64,000 nt of DNA, from positions 37,074 to 101,073 of the forward strand of contig CANGDT010000003.1 of the NCBI GenBank assembly GCA_947452755.1, in the 5' to 3' direction. The stretch is from Actinomycetota bacterium (GTDB lineage: Bacteria; Actinomycetota; Actinomycetes; S36-B12; UBA5976). The notes under the pieces were generated by a model. It was not told the origin of the DNA, did no database searches, and saw only the letters and a list, made by a program, of their open reading frames with translations. Position 1 is the first letter of the stretch. Each line of letters starts with the position of its first letter. The translations under genes and the position numbers were made by a program. Below are positions 60,394 to 64,000 of this stretch, piece after piece.

Positions 60394-61398
60394 ATGTTGA
60401 TGGGCTACGGACTGTATCGAGATGGCGTGCTGTTGAACGAAGAGCATGTGCACCCAACTGACTTGGATCAGCGCTTGCTGACTGACTGGGCGATTGCATC
60501 AGATGCTGAGGACTCGGCATTCATTTGGGTGGGTTACAGCGATCCAGATGCACATGAACTTGCAACTGTGACCAAAGCTCTCTCGTTGCCTCAACATCTT
60601 GTTGAAGATGCTCTCAACCCAGCAGTCCGTCCAACCTTTGACTGGCATGGCGAAACAAGCGGTTTCATCGTAATGAAAATTCTTGAATATGCTGACGCCA
60701 CCAGTGACGTGTTTACGGGTCAGCTTGCAATCTTTTTCAACCACAGTCACGTTGTCACAATCAGGCACGGTCTTGTCGGCAACTTGCACTCTGTCCGACA
60801 CATGATTGATACAACTCCAGCCTTGACAAAGAACGGCCCAATGGCAGTCATCCACGCCATTTTGAACCAGATTGTCGACGAGTATCTCCTCGTCGCTGCT
60901 GGTGTTGCCCAAGACATTCAAGAAATTGAAGAGGCAGTTTTTGCACCGACTCGTACGGATGATGCTGCTGCCATTTACCGACTAAAGCGAGAGAATCTCG
61001 AGATTCGTCGCGCCGTCGCACCGCTATATCAGTCCGCACAATATTTCGTCACGAAAACAAGCCCTGCAATCCCGCACGAACTTCTTGATGATTTTCAAGA
61101 TTTGGGTGAGCACATTTTGCGGGTTGCCGATCAAGTCGAGGCACAAGATCAACTTTTATCAACAGTTCTGATGGCGTCAATGTCACGCCAGGCGCTGCAA
61201 CAAAATGAAGATACACGCAAGATTTCCGCCTGGGTTGCTATTGCAGCAGTGCCAACAATGATTGCCGGTATTTATGGCATGAACTTCCAGCACATGCCTG
61301 AACTCAATTGGATAGGCGGCTACCCAATGGCACTTGGCATTATGGGTGCGGTGTGTGGCACGTTGTTTCGGATGTTCAAAAAGTCTGGCTGGTTGTAA
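60394..61398 (+). CDS. corA: magnesium/cobalt transporter CorA
   Basis: YGMNF motif between two C-terminal TM helices, with a cytoplasmic CorA N-domain. The start could be 60394 (MLMGYGLYRDG), 60373, or the track start at 60334. Confidence 0.85.
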   Translation: MLMGYGLYRDGVLLNEEHVHPTDLDQRLLTDWAIASDAEDSAFIWVGYSDPDAHELATVTKALSLPQHLVEDALNPAVRPTFDWHGETSGFIVMKILEYADATSDVFTGQLAIFFNHSHVVTIRHGLVGNLHSVRHMIDTTPALTKNGPMAVIHAILNQIVDEYLLVAAGVAQDIQEIEEAVFAPTRTDDAAAIYRLKRENLEIRRAVAPLYQSAQYFVTKTSPAIPHELLDDFQDLGEHILRVADQVEAQDQLLSTVLMASMSRQALQQNEDTRKISAWVAIAAVPTMIAGIYGMNFQHMPELNWIGGYPMALGIMGAVCGTLFRMFKKSGWL

Positions 61399-61420
61399 TC
61401 AACTTCGGCGCGGTTGATTA
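61396..61420 (+). terminator. hairpin overlapping the corA stop codon (possible terminator, no U-tract)
   Basis: TAATCAAC (61396-61403) pairs with GTTGATTA (61413-61420). This is a perfect 8-bp stem with a 9-nt loop. Confidence 0.3.
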
Positions 61421-61466
61421 GTGTCGCATTACCTCAATTTTCAGTCGAGCCAAGTAACGTAAAGGC

Positions 61467-62414
61467 ATGGAACAGCGCATTCTGGGCAACAGTGGCCTTG
61501 AGGTCTCTAGCGTTGGTCTGGGAACAATGACCTGGGGACGCGACACCGACATTCACGAGGCCCGCGATCAGTTCAATATTTTTCGCGAAGCCGGCGGCAC
61601 ACTTATCGACACCGCCGATATCTATTCCGATGGTGTCTCCGAGGAAATTGTTGGCGAATTTGTCCGCGACCACCCAGAGATGCTTGTTTCTAGTAAAGCG
61701 GGGACTGTGCGTGCACCACGCAAGCGAAACACAAGCCGCGCGCACCTGTTGTCCTCGCTCGATGACTCGCTTCGTCGCCTGAAGCGCAATCACATTGACG
61801 TGTGGCATCTACATGGTTGGGACATCGTCACACCACTTGAAGAATCTTTGGCGGCCGCGCAGTACGCGTTGGACTCTGGAAAAGTTCGCTACGTTGGTGT
61901 GTCAAACTTCGCGGGCTGGCAAACAGCAACCGCAGTAGCCAACTTTCCTATCGTGTCTGCGCAGGTTGAGTACTCACTAGTTCAACGTGGAATTGAGCGC
62001 GAAGTCGTACAGGCATCATTGGCACACGGAGTGGGGATCATGGCATGGTCACCACTTGGCCGCGGCGTTCTTACGGGCAAGTATCGCCACAACACTCCTG
62101 CAGACTCAAGAGCCGCGTCCGCACATTTTGCATCGTTTGTATCGCCGTACCTTTCCGAACGCCCTCGAATTATTGTTGAGGCTTTGTGTACAGCGGCTGA
62201 TGGGCTCGGTTTAACTCCGGCAAGCGTGGCACTGTCCTGGCTCTTGAACAACGAGTTTGTCTCAAGTGCGCTCGTCGGTGCCCGAACTGCAGCGCAGCTT
62301 CGGGTGATTTTGGCTGATGTTGATGTGAACTTGCCGCTGGAAATTCATAACGCTCTTAATGAAGTCTCGATGCCGGATCGCGGCTACCCAGAGTTTGGCT
62401 GGAGTCAGTCTTGA
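61467..62414 (+). CDS. aldo/keto reductase
   Basis: 315 aa. LGTMTWG, IDTADIYSDG, GVSNF, and the AKR family pattern throughout. Confidence 0.85.
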   Translation: MEQRILGNSGLEVSSVGLGTMTWGRDTDIHEARDQFNIFREAGGTLIDTADIYSDGVSEEIVGEFVRDHPEMLVSSKAGTVRAPRKRNTSRAHLLSSLDDSLRRLKRNHIDVWHLHGWDIVTPLEESLAAAQYALDSGKVRYVGVSNFAGWQTATAVANFPIVSAQVEYSLVQRGIEREVVQASLAHGVGIMAWSPLGRGVLTGKYRHNTPADSRAASAHFASFVSPYLSERPRIIVEALCTAADGLGLTPASVALSWLLNNEFVSSALVGARTAAQLRVILADVDVNLPLEIHNALNEVSMPDRGYPEFGWSQS

Positions 62415-62599
62415 GCGCTGTCTGGGAATACAAAGAAATGACTTTCCCTTGGGATGCCAAGCGCGGTGATGTGCGTTCTTATCTGACGACGATGGCAGAA
62501 GTTGACCGGTGGGAATTGGACCGCGTCCGTATTTTCCGTGATGGTCGACGGTGGGTTCGCGTGCGTCGCAAGATTTATCATCTCCAACGCACGGGTTGA
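62411..62599 (+). CDS. DUF5703-family small protein
   Basis: 62 aa. WEYKEMTFP...RSYLTTMAEVDRWELDRVRIFRDGRRWVRVRRKI. Overlaps the AKR stop by 4 nt. Confidence 0.65.
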   Translation: MSAVWEYKEMTFPWDAKRGDVRSYLTTMAEVDRWELDRVRIFRDGRRWVRVRRKIYHLQRTG

Positions 62600-62665
62600 G
62601 TGCGTTGAATAAGTACTGCGCACGGGTTGAGTGCGTTGAATAAGTACTGCGCACGGGTTGAGTGC
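62588..62665. repeat. tandem repeat, 31-bp unit x about 2.5, copying the stop-codon region of the DUF5703 gene
   Basis: GCACGGGTTGAGTGC occurs at 62589, 62620 and 62651 with an exact 31-bp period. The full unit is CGCACGGGTTGAGTGCGTTGAATAAGTACTG. Copies are identical where they overlap. Confidence 0.95.
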
Positions 62666-63984
62666 TAGGAGCTGCGCACAAATCTGTCCATGACGCGCAT
62701 TCCGAATTCAAGACCTGATGTGGGTACGCGTTCGTCGACTCCGTGGAACATTGCACTGAAGTCGAGCTCTGGTGGCAATAGGAGCGGCAGGAATCCGTAG
62801 CATGCGATTCCAAGCTCGCTGAATGCTTTTGCATCGGTGCCGCCTGAAACTGTGTATGGAACTGGCGTACCGAATGGATCTTCGGCTCGAATTGCTGCAG
62901 CCATGGCGTCTACAAGTTTTCCTTCGAATGGTACTTCTAGTGCGATGCCGTTCACGACATCTTCACGATAGACACCTGCTGGAAGTAAGTTCTCAATGTC
63001 TTTGATCAGTTCGTCTTCGAACCCTGGCAGGAATCGTCCGTCGATCATGGCGGATGCTTCGCCTGGGATGACGTTGTGTTTGTAGCCGGCATTCAGCATT
63101 GTTGGGTTTGCGGTGTTCGACAGTGTTGCGCCAATGATGCGCGCTATTGGTCCGAGTTTTGCCAGGAGCGCTTCTGGGTCTTCTGCAGATAATTCAACAC
63201 CAGTTGCATCACTTACCGCTTTGATGAAGTCGCGCACTGTTGGTGTGAGCGCTAAGTCGAATTTATGTTCACCAACTGCGGCGACTGCTTGTGCGAGTTT
63301 TGTAACTGCGTTGTCGTTATTCAGGAACGAGCCGTGACCGGCAGTTCCTTCGGCCCGCAGCTTCATCCAACGAATGCCCTTTTCGGCCGTCTGAACCAAG
63401 TACAGGCGTACATCTTCTTGCAGTGTTAGCGAGAATCCACCAACTTCGCCGACTGCCTCTGTGACGCCTTGGTACAGTTCAGGGCGGTTGTCTACTAGCC
63501 AGTGTGAACCGTGAATACTTCCAGCTTCTTCGTCGGGCAGAAAGTCAATGACGATGTCACGTGGTGGTTTGATGCCAGCGCGGGCCCAGGCTCGAACAAG
63601 CGCGAGAATCATCCCGTCGCCATCTTTCATGTCGACAGCGCCACGTCCCCAGATCATGCCGTCATGGATTTCGGCTGCGAACGGATCGTAGGTCCAATCT
63701 GCAGCTTGCGCTGGGACGACGTCTAGGTGACCGTGAATGAGTAGCGCAGGTCGGCTTGGGTCTGTGCCTTCGATGCGTGCGTTAACTCCTTGGCGCTTTC
63801 CGCTCGTTGTTTCGTAACGTTCGCAAGCGATACCAACTTCTAGTAGTTTCGCTTCAACATATTCAGCTGCCAGCGCTTCGCCTGGACCTGAATCATCGCC
63901 ATAGTTTGACGTGTCGATTTTGATAAGGTCGCGAACGATTTCTACGACTTCACTGGAGATGTCTGCAAGCGGCTCTGGGGTCAT
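62665..63984 (-). CDS. M20-family dipeptidase
   Basis: 439 aa. LLIHGHLDVVP, GRGAVDMKDG, DEEAGS, and a dimerisation-domain insertion. Confidence 0.85.
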   Translation of the reverse strand: MTPEPLADISSEVVEIVRDLIKIDTSNYGDDSGPGEALAAEYVEAKLLEVGIACERYETTSGKRQGVNARIEGTDPSRPALLIHGHLDVVPAQAADWTYDPFAAEIHDGMIWGRGAVDMKDGDGMILALVRAWARAGIKPPRDIVIDFLPDEEAGSIHGSHWLVDNRPELYQGVTEAVGEVGGFSLTLQEDVRLYLVQTAEKGIRWMKLRAEGTAGHGSFLNNDNAVTKLAQAVAAVGEHKFDLALTPTVRDFIKAVSDATGVELSAEDPEALLAKLGPIARIIGATLSNTANPTMLNAGYKHNVIPGEASAMIDGRFLPGFEDELIKDIENLLPAGVYREDVVNGIALEVPFEGKLVDAMAAAIRAEDPFGTPVPYTVSGGTDAKAFSELGIACYGFLPLLLPPELDFSAMFHGVDERVPTSGLEFGMRVMDRFVRSS

Positions 63985-64000
63985 GGCTTAAGTCTGACGT

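Overview
This window is core chromosome from an Actinomycetota genome. By eye it is about 50% GC and tightly packed, with many 1-4 nt gene overlaps, which suggests a streamlined Micrococcales-like lineage. All calls come from reading the supplied translations and the DNA by hand; no searches were run.

Gene order follows well-known actinobacterial housekeeping blocks:
- secD-secF-apt-rel, then hisS-aspS-rarA-alaS-ruvX-mltG.
- The shikimate operon (aroE, aroC, aroK, aroB, aroQ), then efp-nusB and one tRNA.
- pdtaR, then the block that in M. tuberculosis runs from pgsA2 to gcvB (CDP-alcohol transferase, DUF881, sbp, DUF881, gcvH, garA-like FHA, MerR, bifunctional nuclease, MerR, gcvP). A LacI-family gene is inserted here.
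- rbpA with ppm1/lnt, then two peptidase/hydrolase genes, a 5'-3' exonuclease and helY.
- tatC/tatA, pafC/pafB, two FKBPs, pafA-pup-dop-arc, trmI, a PAC2 protein, pgi and gnd.
- mshC plus the conserved SCO1664 / DUF3090 / histidine-phosphatase trio, then corA, an aldo-keto reductase, DUF5703 and an M20 peptidase.

I see no transposase, integrase, prophage, CRISPR array or defence island. I cannot honestly point to a clearly new multi-gene system, so this looks like an ordinary core region with a few oddities:
1. A 74-nt tRNA has a Leu anticodon (CAA) and a Leu-like D arm, A73 and A15/U48, but only a 5-nt variable loop.
2. The pupylation locus has pup abutting pafA with only 3 nt between them, so prcB/prcA are absent from their canonical place, while arc (C-terminal ...PYL) and a PAC2 protein remain.
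3. An uncharacterised kinase-like / DUF3090 / phosphatase trio sits next to mshC.
4. Two short tandem duplications (38 bp and 31 bp units) each copy a gene's stop-codon region in a convergent intergenic gap.
5. A glycine riboswitch upstream of gcvP has one canonical aptamer and only a degenerate second one.
6. A 351-bp noncoding region upstream of rbpA carries a 19-bp direct repeat and a 21-bp near-palindrome.
7. The GarA/OdhI-like FHA protein has an N-terminal CxxC...CxxC zinc ribbon.
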